Shown: positions 20,509 to 33,015, numbered from the stretch's first letter. The stretch is 64,000 nt of DNA from Dehalococcoidia bacterium (GCA_965208885.1 CBDBPS010000001.1:297445-361444), one strand, 5' to 3'. The notes: generated by a model from the sequence alone, not told the origin. Numbers and translations: made by a program.

Positions 20509-21288
20509 ATGGCCACGTCCGTCGATTCCGACCCACCTGCCGAGCCGCCCGAACTGCCGCCGGAGGACGACGGCGGGCAGATGACGCTCCTGGACCATCT
20601 CCTGGAGCTCCGCACCCGCGTCACCTGGATGACCGGCGCGATCGTCGTCGGGATGGGCATCTTCTTCGCGCCCCCCATCAACTTCGCGGTCTGGGAAATC
20701 CTCATCGTGCCGGGGGAGCGCGTCTCCGATTTCAGACTCACCCAGGTCGACCCGCTGGAGAACCTCGGCGTCTACTTCCGCATCGCCCTGGCTTGCGGCA
20801 CTGCCGTGGCGATGCCGGTGCTGGTCTTCCAGACGATGCGCTTCGTCGCCCCGGCGCTCACGCCACAGGAGAAGCGCTGGCTCTATCCGATCGCCCTGGG
20901 GGCCTCCCTGGCATTCGTGTCTGGCCTCGCCTTCTGCTACTTCGTCGTGTTGCCCGCGGCCTACGGCTTCCTGTTCGAGTTCGGGAGCGACCTTGCCGCG
21001 CCGGAGCCGAGGGTCAGCAGCTACATGGACCTGACCCTGCGCCTGCTCGTGCTCCTCGGATTCGTCTTCGAGATGCCGATCCTGATCATGGGACTCGCGA
21101 GGATCCGCGTCGTGCACTGGCGGAAACTGCTCGGCTGGTGGCGCATCGCCATCATCGGCGCCTTCGTCGTCTCGGCGATCGCAACCCCGACGATCGACCC
21201 GGTCACGCAGTCGCTAGTCGCGGGACCGATGATCGTGCTCTACGCCATCGGGATCGGGCTCGCCTGGATCGTGCGGCCGCGCGGGTAG
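20509..21288 (+). CDS. tatC: Twin-arginine translocase subunit TatC
   Basis: Six-TM TatC architecture and a conserved LLDHLLELRTR N-terminal motif. Confidence 0.85.
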   Translation: MATSVDSDPPAEPPELPPEDDGGQMTLLDHLLELRTRVTWMTGAIVVGMGIFFAPPINFAVWEILIVPGERVSDFRLTQVDPLENLGVYFRIALACGTAVAMPVLVFQTMRFVAPALTPQEKRWLYPIALGASLAFVSGLAFCYFVVLPAAYGFLFEFGSDLAAPEPRVSSYMDLTLRLLVLLGFVFEMPILIMGLARIRVVHWRKLLGWWRIAIIGAFVVSAIATPTIDPVTQSLVAGPMIVLYAIGIGLAWIVRPRG

Positions 21289-21367
21289 TCGCTCCACTGA
21301 GCGCTGCGATCATCTGCATACGCAATAGCACCGTTGATAGCACCGGACGTGCTAGGATGACGCCGGA

Positions 21368-22084
21368 ATGACCGAGCCGAATCCGGACGCCGCCTACGCC
21401 TCGCCCGCTATCGAGGGTGCCCACCGCACGGGGACGCCCGAGCTCGTCGAGCTCTACGAGGAGATCGCGGACTGTCCGGCCTGCGGCCTCGCACGCACGC
21501 GCACTCAGACGGTGCCCGGTTCCGGCCCCGCGCCCGCCGAGGTGATGTGTATCGGCGAGGCGCCCGGCGCCCGCGAGGACGAACAAGGCCTCCCCTTCGT
21601 GGGCGCGGCCGGGCGGTTCCTCGACGAGCTGCTCGCCGGCATCAGCATGTCGCGCGAGACGGTGCACATCGCCAACGTCGTGAAGTGCCGTCCGCCCGGC
21701 AACCGCGACCCGCAGCCCGAGGAGACCGCCGCCTGCCAGCCTTACCTCGATCGACAGATCGCCCTCGTCGACCCGCTGCTCATCGTCACGCTCGGACGCT
21801 TCTCGATGGCGCGCTGGTTCGCGGGCACGACGATCAGCCGCATCCACGGCCAGCCGAAGCGCTTCGGCAACCGCCTCGTGATGCCGATGTTCCACCCGGC
21901 TGCCGCGCTCCGGCGCGGCGACCTGCGCGCCGTCATCGCGGCCGACTTCGCGCGCATCCCCGCACTCCTCGACGAGGCTCGAACCATCCGCGCCGAGGAA
22001 CCCTCGGACGCCCATCCCGATGCCGACGCGCCGGTCGCCGCTGCGGCGTCGCTCCCGGCGTCCGAGCAGCGCGCACTGCTGTGA
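21368..22084 (+). CDS. Uracil-DNA glycosylase, family 4
   Basis: CPACGL Fe-S motif, GEAPGAREDEQGLPFVG active-site motif and HPAA motif. Confidence 0.8.
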   Translation: MTEPNPDAAYASPAIEGAHRTGTPELVELYEEIADCPACGLARTRTQTVPGSGPAPAEVMCIGEAPGAREDEQGLPFVGAAGRFLDELLAGISMSRETVHIANVVKCRPPGNRDPQPEETAACQPYLDRQIALVDPLLIVTLGRFSMARWFAGTTISRIHGQPKRFGNRLVMPMFHPAAALRRGDLRAVIAADFARIPALLDEARTIRAEEPSDAHPDADAPVAAAASLPASEQRALL

Positions 22085-22100
22085 AGCGAGCGAACGCACG

Positions 22101-23762
<1,662 letters not shown>

Positions 23763-23866
23763 CGCGGGCGACTACGCCCGCCGAGGGAGGCGAACGACGG
23801 AGGTGTAGTCCAGCCTCGAAGGTACCGGCGTCGCTGGCGGGGGACGGCCGGACCGGGAGCATCACC

Positions 23867-26344
23867 ATGGCCCGAACCAAGACCCGCCCATCCACGCGCC
23901 CGCCGGGCGCCCGGACCGCTCGCGGCAGCACCCCGCGGACCCGACGCCTCCGACCACTCGCGCGCCCGGAGACCGTCGGCGGCGCACTCGTCGTGATCGC
24001 CGCAGGGATCCTGATCTACCTCCTGCCCCTCGACGCCGTCCCCGTCGCCGACGTGCTCGCGCAGGCGCGCGACGGGTTCGTCGAGGTGTTCGGCGTCCAC
24101 GTCTTCACGCTCGTCGCGCTGCTCGCGGCCCTCGGCGCGCTCGTCGCGACGCGACGCGTGCGCCTCCTACGCCATCACGGGCGCCACGCGCTCGGCGCTA
24201 CGCTGCTCCTCGTCTTCAGCAGCGGCGTCCTCGGCCTCTGGCGGCCCGACATCGTCATCGGCGGCGTCGGGCTCGACGCCGCCTCGGCAGGCGGCGAGGT
24301 CGGCAGCTGGCTGAGCGGGAGTGCCCTCGTTGGCCTGGGCTGGGTGCTCACCGGGCTCGGGGGCTTCACCCTGCTGTGGCCCCGCACGTCGGCGCGGATC
24401 GCCCGCGCGACGCCCGGGGCGAGCATCCGCGCGAGCGTGTGGGTGTGGCAGCACGGACCGCGGCAGGCCCTCGCGGCTATCGTCGCGCGCGCGAAGCGGC
24501 TCGGCGAGTCCGACGTCCCGAACGCGGCCGAGATCAACGCGCTGCGAGCGCGCCGTGCCGGAGCCGACGCGAATGGCGCCGCACCGATCCCCGCCGCCCG
24601 TACGGAAGCCACCACGGCCGAGGCCCCGGCGCCGGCCGACCTCGACACCGCCGAGGAGGGCGACGAGCCGGAGGACGACGACAACGAACGCCCGGCCGTG
24701 CAGATCCCGATGGACATGGAGCACGAAGCGGCGGCCTGGCGGCACTCCAGCGACGGCTGGCAGTTGCCACCCATGGACCTGCTCCAGCGCGCCGAGCCGG
24801 CCAAGTCCGCCTTGCAAAGCAACGAACATCGCGCGCAGCTGATCGTCGACACCCTCGCCTCGTTCGGCGTCGACGCCAGCGTGACGCAGATCAACGAGGG
24901 CCCTGCCGTGACGCAGTTCGGCGTCGAGCCGGGCTGGAACGTGCGCACCAAGACCGTCGAGGAGCGCGACGCCGACGGCAAACCGATCCTCGATGACGAC
25001 GGTCAGCCGCGCACGAAGGAGATCGAGATCTCGCGGACGCGCGTGCGCGTGAGCCGCATCACCTCGCTCCAGCATGACCTCGCGCTGGCGCTGGCCGCGC
25101 CCGCGCTGCGCATCGAGGCACCCGTGCCGGGCAAGTCCGTGGTTGGGATCGAGGTGCCGAACGGTCACACCTCGGTCGTGTCGCTGCGCTCCATGCTGGA
25201 GTCGCCGGAGTTCGAAAAGGCAACCGAGAAGTACCACCTGCCGATCGCGCTCGGCTCAGGCGTCGCGGGCGCCGAGGCGGTCACGGACCTCGCCGACATG
25301 CCGCACCTGCTCATCGCCGGCGCGACCGGGTCGGGCAAGTCGGTGTGCCTCAACTCGATCATCGCGTGTCTGCTCATGAACTACTCGCCGGAGCAACTCC
25401 GGCTTGTCCTCGTCGACCCCAAGCGCGTCGAACTGACCGCGTTCGCGGACATCCCGCACCTGGCGTTCAGCGACATCGTCGTCGACATGGACAAGGTAGT
25501 CGGGACATTGCAGGCAGTGATCCAGGAGATGGAGACGCGCTACCGCGCCTTCGCGAAGGTCGGCGTACGCAACCTCGAGGCCTACAACGAGCGCGACGAG
25601 GAGCACGCGCTGCCCTACTGGGTCGTGGTCATCGACGAGCTCGCCGACCTGATGCTGGCAGCGCCGTACCAGGTCGAGCACCAGCTCGTGCGCCTCGCGC
25701 AGCTTGCCCGGGCGACCGGCATCCACCTCGTCGTGGCGACGCAGCGGCCGTCCGTCGACGTGGTCACCGGGCTGATCAAGGCGAACTTCCCGACGCGAAT
25801 CGCCTTCGCCGTCTCCTCGCAGGTGGACTCGCGCACGATCCTCGACAGCGGCGGCGCGGAGAAGCTGCTCGGCAAGGGCGACATGCTCTACCAGCCCAAG
25901 GACCAGGGGAAGCCGACGCGCCTGCAGGGCGTCTACGTCTCCGACGAGGAGATCGAGTCCGTCGTCGGCTTCTGGACGGCGGGCCGCTTCGAGTCGCTCC
26001 GACCCCCTCGCTTCGACGACCTGCTCGCCGAGGCGGAGGAGGCGGCCGCCGACCTCGTGCCCGGCGGGCCGCCGCCCGATGTGGACCCGATGGTGACCGA
26101 GGCCCTCCAACTCGCCCGCGACCACACCCAGCTCTCCACCTCGATGCTCCAGCGCCGCCTGCGCATCGGCTACCCGCGCGCCGCCCGCGTCATGGACGAG
26201 CTCGAGGAGCGCGGCATCGTCGGCGCACCCGAGGGCGGCAGCGGCTCCCGCCCCGTCCTCCTCGACGGGGACGAGGATGGCGACGGGACCACGGAGTCAG
26301 CGGCTGCCCCGGTAGCGGGGGTGGGGCGTGAGGGCGACGGGTAG
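23867..26344 (+). CDS. ftsK: DNA translocase FtsK/SpoIIIE
   Basis: N-terminal TM segments, a Pro/Ala-rich linker, Walker A GATGSGKSV and a C-terminal winged-helix gamma domain. Confidence 0.9.
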   Translation: MARTKTRPSTRPPGARTARGSTPRTRRLRPLARPETVGGALVVIAAGILIYLLPLDAVPVADVLAQARDGFVEVFGVHVFTLVALLAALGALVATRRVRLLRHHGRHALGATLLLVFSSGVLGLWRPDIVIGGVGLDAASAGGEVGSWLSGSALVGLGWVLTGLGGFTLLWPRTSARIARATPGASIRASVWVWQHGPRQALAAIVARAKRLGESDVPNAAEINALRARRAGADANGAAPIPAARTEATTAEAPAPADLDTAEEGDEPEDDDNERPAVQIPMDMEHEAAAWRHSSDGWQLPPMDLLQRAEPAKSALQSNEHRAQLIVDTLASFGVDASVTQINEGPAVTQFGVEPGWNVRTKTVEERDADGKPILDDDGQPRTKEIEISRTRVRVSRITSLQHDLALALAAPALRIEAPVPGKSVVGIEVPNGHTSVVSLRSMLESPEFEKATEKYHLPIALGSGVAGAEAVTDLADMPHLLIAGATGSGKSVCLNSIIACLLMNYSPEQLRLVLVDPKRVELTAFADIPHLAFSDIVVDMDKVVGTLQAVIQEMETRYRAFAKVGVRNLEAYNERDEEHALPYWVVVIDELADLMLAAPYQVEHQLVRLAQLARATGIHLVVATQRPSVDVVTGLIKANFPTRIAFAVSSQVDSRTILDSGGAEKLLGKGDMLYQPKDQGKPTRLQGVYVSDEEIESVVGFWTAGRFESLRPPRFDDLLAEAEEAAADLVPGGPPPDVDPMVTEALQLARDHTQLSTSMLQRRLRIGYPRAARVMDELEERGIVGAPEGGSGSRPVLLDGDEDGDGTTESAAAPVAGVGREGDG

Positions 26345-26353
26345 TCGACTTCA

Positions 26354-26653
26354 GTGAGTACGGTGACGCACGTGAGGTTGGCGAACGAGGGAGTGGCGTT
26401 CGCGACCCGCCCGCGGGCCCGGTCGATCGTCAAGCGACTTGCGGGGGAGGGCGACGCAGACCGGATCGAACTCGACCTCAATGGTGTTGAGGCAGCGAGT
26501 CCGGGATTCCTCGACGAACTCTTCGCCCGACTCGCGGAGAACTACACGACCGTCACGATCTCCGGCGCTCAACCTGCATTGCACCCGCTCATCGACCGCG
26601 TGATTGCGCGTCGAGGGCTGGAGTCGCGATTCAAGGTGACCGCTGAGGCCTGA
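26354..26653 (+). CDS. STAS-like domain protein (DUF4325-like)
   Basis: 99 aa. The SPGFLDELF motif region resembles the DUF4325/STAS-like family. Confidence 0.4.
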   Translation: MSTVTHVRLANEGVAFATRPRARSIVKRLAGEGDADRIELDLNGVEAASPGFLDELFARLAENYTTVTISGAQPALHPLIDRVIARRGLESRFKVTAEA

Positions 26654-26667
26654 CTTCCTCGGCAGCG

Positions 26668-28761
26668 CTAGCGCCGCCGCGTCCGACCCCCCCGACCACG
26701 CCCACCCCCACCATTCGCCCGCTGCGGGCGGCGCGAGGGGGCGTCGAAGGCGCGGAGGCCTTCGGGGGTGTCGCCGACGAGTTCGCGGCGCAGCTCGGTG
26801 ATCTGGTCGCGGAGCTGGGCGGCGTGCTCGAATTCCAGCTCGCGGGCGGCCGTCTTCATCTTGCCTTCGAGCTCCTTGACCATCCGCAGTAGCTCGTCGC
26901 GCGGCAGCTCCGAGGCGTCGACACCGTACGTGGCCGGCTCCTCGGCGACGCGGAGGCGGTCTGTGATGTCGCGGATCTCCTTGCGGATGCCCACCGGCTC
27001 GACGCCGTGCGCCTCGTTGTATGCGGTCTGGATGCCGCGACGGCGCTCCGTCTCGTCCAGGGCGTGTTGCATCGAGTCTGTGATGTAGTCGGCGTACATG
27101 ATCACGCGGCCGTCGGGGTGGCGCGCCGCGCGACCCATAGTCTGGATGAGCGACCCGCCCGACCGGAGGTAGCCCTCCTTGTCGGCGTCGAGGATGCAGA
27201 CGAGCGACACCTCGGGCAGGTCGAGGCCCTCGCGCAGCAGGTTGATGCCGACCACGACGTCGTACACGCCCTGCCGGAGGTCGCGCAGGATCTCGATCCG
27301 TTCGAGGGTGTCGATCTCCGAGTGCAGGTAGTGGGCCTTCACGCCCATCTCAAGCAGGTAGTCGGTCAGATCCTCGGCCATCTTCTTCGTGAGCGTCGTC
27401 ACCAGGACGCGCTCGCTGCGCTCGGCTCGCTCGTTGATCTCTGCCAGCAGGTCGTCGATCTGACCTTGCGTCTCACGCACCTCGACGACGGGGTCGACGA
27501 TGCCCGTGGGGCGGATCACCTGCTCGACGACCTGGAACGAGTGCTCCAGCTCGTATGGCCCAGGCGTGGCTGAGACGAAGACGACCTGGTTCAGGTGCGA
27601 CTCGAACTCGTCGAAGCTCAGCGGGCGGTTGTCGAGCGCGGAGGGCAACCGGAAGCCGAAGTCGACCAGGGTCTTCTTGCGCGCGACGTCGCCGAAGTAC
27701 ATCCCTCGTGCCTGCGGCAACGCGATGTGGGACTCGTCCACGAACACCAGCCAGTCGTCCGGGAAGTAGTCGAGGAGCGTCCACGGCGTTGAGCCGGGGG
27801 CGCGGGCTGCCAGGTGGCGCGAGTAGTTCTCGATCCCCGAGCAGTAGCCGCTCTCGCGGAGCATCTCGAGGTCGTACCGAGTGCGCTCCTCGAGCCTGGT
27901 TGCCTCGAGGATCCGCCCTTCGGAGCGCATCTTCGTACTCTGCTCGCGGAGCTCCTCCTCGATCGTCACGATCGCGGCTTCGAGCCGGTTCTCGGATGTC
28001 ACGAAGTGCTTGGCCGGGTAGATGCCGAAGCGCTCCTGCTCCGACAGCAACTCGCCGGAAAGGGGATCGACGGTGACGATGCGCTCGATCTCGTCGCCCC
28101 AGAAGTCGACACGCAGCGCGAGGTCCTCGTAGGCCGGGAAGACGGTGAGCGTGTCACCGCGCACGCGGAACGTGCCGCGCACGAGGTTCATGTCGTTGCG
28201 TTCGTACTGCATCGCGACGAGCTGACGGACGAGCGAGTTGCGGTTCACGTGCCGACCCACGCGCAGGTCGGCGACGAACGACTGATACTCGCCCGGCTCG
28301 CCCAGGCCATAGATGCACGACACGGATGCGACGATGACCACATCTCGCCGCTCGAAGAGCGCGCGCGTGGCGGAGTGCCGCATCTTGTCGATCTCGTCGT
28401 TGATGTCGGCGTCCTTGGCGATGTAGGTGTCGGTGCGGGGCAGGTACGCCTCGGGCTGGTAGTAGTCGTAGTAGGAGACGAAGTACTCGACGGAGTTGTC
28501 GGGGAACACATCGCGGAACTCCGCGGTGAGCTGCGCGGCGAGGGTGCGGTTGGGGGCGAGCACGAGCGTCGGGCGCTGGTAGCGCTCGATGATGTTCGCC
28601 ATGGTGAAGGTCTTGCCGGAGCCCGTGGCGCCGAGCATCGTCTGCATGCGGAAGCCTGCCTCAAGGCCCTCGACGAGCTGGTCGATGGCCTGGGGCTGGT
28701 CGCCGGTGGGCTGGAAGTCGCTGTCGATGCGGAAGGGCCGCCCGACCTCGGTCGTGGTCAT
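26668..28761 (-). CDS. uvrB: Excinuclease ABC subunit B
   Basis: [12 protein letters not shown] Walker A, helicase motifs and the conserved UvrB N-terminus [15 protein letters not shown]. The basic C-terminal tail is atypical. Confidence 0.9.
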   Translation of the reverse strand: MTTTEVGRPFRIDSDFQPTGDQPQAIDQLVEGLEAGFRMQTMLGATGSGKTFTMANIIERYQRPTLVLAPNRTLAAQLTAEFRDVFPDNSVEYFVSYYDYYQPEAYLPRTDTYIAKDADINDEIDKMRHSATRALFERRDVVIVASVSCIYGLGEPGEYQSFVADLRVGRHVNRNSLVRQLVAMQYERNDMNLVRGTFRVRGDTLTVFPAYEDLALRVDFWGDEIERIVTVDPLSGELLSEQERFGIYPAKHFVTSENRLEAAIVTIEEELREQSTKMRSEGRILEATRLEERTRYDLEMLRESGYCSGIENYSRHLAARAPGSTPWTLLDYFPDDWLVFVDESHIALPQARGMYFGDVARKKTLVDFGFRLPSALDNRPLSFDEFESHLNQVVFVSATPGPYELEHSFQVVEQVIRPTGIVDPVVEVRETQGQIDDLLAEINERAERSERVLVTTLTKKMAEDLTDYLLEMGVKAHYLHSEIDTLERIEILRDLRQGVYDVVVGINLLREGLDLPEVSLVCILDADKEGYLRSGGSLIQTMGRAARHPDGRVIMYADYITDSMQHALDETERRRGIQTAYNEAHGVEPVGIRKEIRDITDRLRVAEEPATYGVDASELPRDELLRMVKELEGKMKTAARELEFEHAAQLRDQITELRRELVGDTPEGLRAFDAPSRRPQRANGGGGRGRGGRTRRR

Positions 28762-28817
28762 GGGACCATTGTACGCTGAGGTCGGGAAACAGACGGCCTC
28801 GGCCACATTGTGCTATC

Positions 28818-29198
28818 GTGCACGAACCCCAAACGTCCGCTCCCACCTCGGACGGGGAGACCGGAATATTGACGTCTGACAGCAGTCTGACCGATGCGCT
28901 GCGGATCGCGATTCGCGAAGAGATCGCACCGCTCAAAGAACAGATCGGCTCGCTCACGGAGCGCGTAGATACGCTCACCGGGCGCGTAGACACGCTCACC
29001 GACCGCGTGGACGGGCTTACCGACCGGGTGGATCACCTGACTGAGGAGGTCGCCACGCTTCGGCCTCTCCCCGACCAGGTACGCGTCCTATCTGCCCAAG
29101 TCGGCACCCTCGCCAGCCTTATCGAGGTGGGGTTCGGGGCGATGCGCGAAGACATTGGAGAGTTGCGCCAGCGAGTCACCGCGCTGGAACGCCCCTAG
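28818..29198 (+). CDS. Hypothetical coiled-coil protein encoded partly by four 21-bp tandem repeats
   Basis: GC3-biased ORF divergent from uvrB. Four near-identical 21-bp units at 28953..29036 encode LTERVDT/LTGRVDT/LTDRVDG/LTDRVDH heptads. The start is uncertain: GTG at 28818, or a downstream TTG preceded by ggggaga. Confidence 0.4.
   Translation: MHEPQTSAPTSDGETGILTSDSSLTDALRIAIREEIAPLKEQIGSLTERVDTLTGRVDTLTDRVDGLTDRVDHLTEEVATLRPLPDQVRVLSAQVGTLASLIEVGFGAMREDIGELRQRVTALERP
28953..29036 (+). repeat. 21-bp x4 tandem direct repeat inside the coiled-coil ORF
   Basis: ctcacggagcgcgtagatacg / ctcaccgggcgcgtagacacg / ctcaccgaccgcgtggacggg / cttaccgaccgggtggatcac. Confidence 0.7.
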
Positions 29199-29219
29199 CA
29201 AGAAGGGCGAGCCGCCGCT

Positions 29220-29846
29220 TCAGCCCCCTCCACCCCGCCGCTCCAGCACGTAGCGCAACACCTCCTCCAGCGTCACCAACGCCGGCTCCTCCGTCAGCGC
29301 GGCGGCCACCACGCGCTGTGCTTCGCGGCGCGGGTACTGGAGGGCGACGAGGGCATCGATGGCATCGTCGCGGACATCGGCGGCAGGCCCAGCGCCGTCA
29401 GCGTCGATGGCGTCACGGAGCAGCGCCTCCTGCACGAGCTTCCCGTGGAGGTGCGCGATGATCGTCTGTGAGAGACGCTCGCCGATGCCCGGCAGTTGCC
29501 GGAGCGAGTGCTGGTCCTCGGCCTCGATCCAGCCGGCAATCTCCGAGATCGGGTACGTGAGCGCCCTCACCGCCTTGGCCGGCCCCATGTCGGGCACGTC
29601 GATGAACTTGCGGAAGAACTCGCGCTCGGCGAGGTGGGTGAAGCCGTAGAGCGTCGGCACGGGCTGGCGCTCGGTGGCGTGGTGGTAGGTGAAGACCTGT
29701 ACCGCCTCGCCCTCGGCGTGCGAGGCGGCCCACTCGGCCGCGAAGGCGGGCATGTAGACCTCGTAGGTGACGCCGGCGGCGTCGATCCAGAGCGTCGAGC
29801 GCTCGGGGTCCCAGCGCACCAGCAGGCCGCGCAGCGCGACGATCAC
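29220..29846 (-). CDS. ruvA: Holliday junction branch migration protein RuvA
   Basis: RuvA domain order (OB fold, HhH LRQLPGIGERLSQTI, C-terminal domain III). Overlaps ruvC by 4 bp. Confidence 0.85.
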   Translation of the reverse strand: MIVALRGLLVRWDPERSTLWIDAAGVTYEVYMPAFAAEWAASHAEGEAVQVFTYHHATERQPVPTLYGFTHLAEREFFRKFIDVPDMGPAKAVRALTYPISEIAGWIEAEDQHSLRQLPGIGERLSQTIIAHLHGKLVQEALLRDAIDADGAGPAADVRDDAIDALVALQYPRREAQRVVAAALTEEPALVTLEEVLRYVLERRGGGG

Positions 29847-30355
29847 GGCCGGCCCGCCATGCGCGACTCCAGCGCCGCCTCAGCCAGCCGTGTCAGCGCG
29901 AGCGCGAGCGCGTCCGCCGCGTCCAGGGGTTCGGGCGGCACGTCGAGGCCGAGCTGCATCGCCACCATCGCCTGCACCTGCTCCTTCGGTGCGCCCCCGT
30001 GACCGGCGACGGCCGCCTTCACGGCCGTCGACTGGTATTGAAAGACGCCGATGCCGTGCGCAGCCGCGGCGATCATCGCTGCGGCGCGCGCCTCGCCGAT
30101 CGCGAAGGCAGAGCGCACGTTTGCCGCGACGTATGGCTCCTCGATCGCCAGCTCGTCCGGCCGGTGCTCGGCTATCAGCTCGCTGACCTGCTCGTGAATG
30201 GCGTGGAGGCGCTCCGCACGCGGTCGAGGACTGCGCGTGCGGATAACACCGTACGTGAGGACCTGTGCATTGCGCGCGTCCCCCGCCACGACGCCGTAAC
30301 CGGTCGCAGCGAGGCCAGGGTCGATGCCGATCACGCAGTGCGCTGCTTCGCTCAT
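29843..30355 (-). CDS. ruvC: Crossover junction endodeoxyribonuclease RuvC
   Basis: IGIDPGLAATGYGVV N-terminus with the catalytic Asp. Confidence 0.85.
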   Translation of the reverse strand: MSEAAHCVIGIDPGLAATGYGVVAGDARNAQVLTYGVIRTRSPRPRAERLHAIHEQVSELIAEHRPDELAIEEPYVAANVRSAFAIGEARAAAMIAAAAHGIGVFQYQSTAVKAAVAGHGGAPKEQVQAMVAMQLGLDVPPEPLDAADALALALTRLAEAALESRMAGRP

Positions 30356-30367
30356 CGGGGGCGGGTG

Positions 30368-31120
30368 CTACCCGGCCAGCCCGCCCGCAGCCAGCACCTC
30401 GTCGGTGAAGTCGACGTTCGAATACACGCGCGACACGTCGTCGAGTTCGTCGAGCGCGTCGAGGAGGCGAAGCGCCTGACCGGCCACCTGGTCGGTGGGG
30501 GTAATCACGTTCTTGGGGACCTGGGCGATCTCGGAGCTGGTGACGGTGTAGCCCGCCTCAGACAGTGCCTCGCGCACGGCCTCGAGGTCGCCCGGGTCCG
30601 TGATCGCCTCGACGGTGTCGTTGTCGGCTGAGACATCCTCGGCGCCCGCCTCGATGGCCACGAGCTGGACCTCATCCGGGTCGTCGTTGCCGATCTCGAC
30701 CGCGATGACGCCGCGCAGGTCGAAGAGCCACGCGACGGAGCCGCTGTCGGCCATCGCGCCGCCGCCCCGGGTGAGCGTGGTGCGGATCTCCGCGACGGTG
30801 CGGTTGCGGTTGTCCGTCACTGCCTGGATCAGCACAGCGGCGCCACCGGGGGCGTAGCCCTCGTACGTGATCTCCTCGAGCATGGCGCCGTCGCCGCCGC
30901 CGACCGCGCGCTGGATGGCGCGATCGATGTTGGCGTTCGGCATGTTGCTGTCGCGGGCCTTCTGGATGGCGAGACGGAGTGAGGGATTCATCTCGGCGTC
31001 GGCGCCGCCGCGTGCCGCCATGGTCACGTCGCGGGCGAGCTTGGTGAACAGCTTGCCGCGCTTCTGGTCGGTCGCCGCCTTCTTGTGCTTGATCGACGAC
31101 CACTTGGAGTGACCGGACAT
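30368..31120 (-). CDS. yebC: YebC/PmpR family DNA-binding transcriptional regulator
   Basis: MSGHSKWSSIKHKKAATDQKRGKLFTKL is the canonical YebC N-terminus. Confidence 0.9.
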   Translation of the reverse strand: MSGHSKWSSIKHKKAATDQKRGKLFTKLARDVTMAARGGADAEMNPSLRLAIQKARDSNMPNANIDRAIQRAVGGGDGAMLEEITYEGYAPGGAAVLIQAVTDNRNRTVAEIRTTLTRGGGAMADSGSVAWLFDLRGVIAVEIGNDDPDEVQLVAIEAGAEDVSADNDTVEAITDPGDLEAVREALSEAGYTVTSSEIAQVPKNVITPTDQVAGQALRLLDALDELDDVSRVYSNVDFTDEVLAAGGLAG

Positions 31121-31214
31121 GTGCCGCCTCCCCGTGGGCTATGCAGGACGTGCGAACGCCATGTTAGCGCGCCGCCGGACTCCCGGCAGCCGCCGACGAG
31201 GCCTCGACGAGCCG

Positions 31215-32054
31215 TTACGGCTCCAGCGCGACGTTGTCGATGAGCGTCGCGCCTGAGAACCGCACCGCGAGCGACAGCATCGCGGTACGCTCCACCACGC
31301 CTTCGAGTTCGTCGAGGGTCTCCGAGTCGGCCAGCGAGACGTAGCTGATATCGGCGAGCGGCTGCGACTCGATGCGTTCGCGCACCATCGCACGCAGCCG
31401 CCCCGCATCGCGCTCGCCACCCTCGAAGGCGTCCGACGCGGCCCGCAGCCCCGCGGACAGCGAGAGTGCCTGCGCGCGCTCCTCGGGAGTCAGGTAGACG
31501 TTGCGCGAGGAGAGCGCGAGCCCGTCCGGCTCGCGCACCGTTGGGCACGCGACGATCTCGATTGGCAGCAGCAGGTCGCGCGTCATGCGACGGATCACGC
31601 GGAGCTGCTGTCCATCCTTCTCGCCGAAGTACGCGCGGTCCGGCTGCACCATCCCGAAGAGCTTCGCGACCACCGTCGTGACGCCCTCGAAGTGGCCGGG
31701 ACGCCGAGCCCCTTCCTGTCCATCGGTGATCCCGTCGACGCGCACGCGCGTCGCGTCGCCCGGCGGGTACATCTCGTCGATGGGTGGCAGCAGCACGAGG
31801 TCCGTGCCGGCGGCCTCCAGCAGAGCGAGGTCGCGATCCTCGTCGCGCGGGTAGCGCTCGAAGTCCTCGTTCGGGCCGAACTGGGTCGGGTTCACGAAGA
31901 TCGACGCCGCCACGGTGGCGCACTCCGCGCGTGCCGCGTCAACGAGCGCGAGGTGCCCCTCGTGGAGGTAACCCATGGTCGGGACGAGGCCGAGCGGCGC
32001 GGGCACACCCTCGCGCGCCGCGCGGAACTCGGCGAGCGTGCGCGCGACGATCAT
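31215..32054 (-). CDS. panC: Pantoate--beta-alanine ligase
   Basis: PTMGYLHEGHLAL HIGH-type motif. Start at MIVARTLAEF (ATG 32052-32054); the 5-prime ORF extension is low-complexity. Confidence 0.85.
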   Translation of the reverse strand: MIVARTLAEFRAAREGVPAPLGLVPTMGYLHEGHLALVDAARAECATVAASIFVNPTQFGPNEDFERYPRDEDRDLALLEAAGTDLVLLPPIDEMYPPGDATRVRVDGITDGQEGARRPGHFEGVTTVVAKLFGMVQPDRAYFGEKDGQQLRVIRRMTRDLLLPIEIVACPTVREPDGLALSSRNVYLTPEERAQALSLSAGLRAASDAFEGGERDAGRLRAMVRERIESQPLADISYVSLADSETLDELEGVVERTAMLSLAVRFSGATLIDNVALEP

Positions 32055-32079
32055 CGGGCTGTCCGCTCCGTGGCGAGGA

Positions 32080-33015
32080 CTAAAGCGTTTCGGGCTCGCC
32101 CTCGGCGCTGAGTATCGCGACCTCGGCGTCAACGCCCTCGTGCGCCGCGTCGACCGTGTGCTGCGCGATGCGGGCTTCGACCCGCGCACGCTTGGCGGCG
32201 TCGAGGAAGAACGACTCGTCCTCGTTCGGGAACGTGCGCGCCTCGACGGCCTCGCGGTACGCCACAAGCGCGTTGCGAATGACCGAGGCGCCCTCCAGGA
32301 AGCGGCGTGCGTGCTTCGGCGTGAAGTCGTCATCCATCGCGAGCATGTCGTGCACGACCTGTACCTGCCCGCTGCAGAAGGGCCCGGCGCCGATACCGAT
32401 GGTCGGGATCGCGAGCTTCTCCGTGATCCCCGCGGCGACCCCGGCCGGGACCACCTCGAGCACGACCGCGTACGCCCCGGCCTCTTCCAGGGCCTTCGCG
32501 TCGTTGATCACGCGGACCGCGTCACGTGGCGTGCGGCCCTGGATCTTGTACCCGCCAAGGGCGTTCACCGACTGCGGCGTCAGGCCGACGTGGCCCATCA
32601 CGGGAATGCCCGCGCTCACGAGGTACTCGACGGTGGCTGCCGAGCGCATACCGCCCTCGAGCTTCACGGAGCCGCAGCCCGTCTCCTGCATGATGCGGAC
32701 GGCGTTGCGGAGCGCGTCCTCCTTCGTCGTCTGGTAAGAGCCGAAGGGCATGTCGACGACGACGTGAGCGCGCCTCGCTCCGCGGACGACTGCTGCGCCG
32801 TGGTGCACCATGTCGTCGACCGTCACCGGCAGGGTCGACTCGTAGCCGAGGACGACCATGCCGAGCGAGTCACCGACAAGGATGATGGGGATCCCCGCCT
32901 GATCGACGAGCCGCGCCATAGGGTAGTCGTACGCGGTGATCATCGTGATCGGCTCGCGCCGCTTCCGCATGCGCTGCAGGTCGGCGGTCGTGATGCGCCG
33001 GGCTGCCCCAGTCAT
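32080..33015 (-). CDS. panB: 3-methyl-2-oxobutanoate hydroxymethyltransferase
   Basis: ITAYDYPMA and GDSLGMVVLGY motifs. Confidence 0.9.
   Translation of the reverse strand: MTGAARRITTADLQRMRKRREPITMITAYDYPMARLVDQAGIPIILVGDSLGMVVLGYESTLPVTVDDMVHHGAAVVRGARRAHVVVDMPFGSYQTTKEDALRNAVRIMQETGCGSVKLEGGMRSAATVEYLVSAGIPVMGHVGLTPQSVNALGGYKIQGRTPRDAVRVINDAKALEEAGAYAVVLEVVPAGVAAGITEKLAIPTIGIGAGPFCSGQVQVVHDMLAMDDDFTPKHARRFLEGASVIRNALVAYREAVEARTFPNEDESFFLDAAKRARVEARIAQHTVDAAHEGVDAEVAILSAEGEPETL

Noticed and set aside
27814-28779. 321-aa plus-strand ORF
   Set aside because: Antisense to uvrB.
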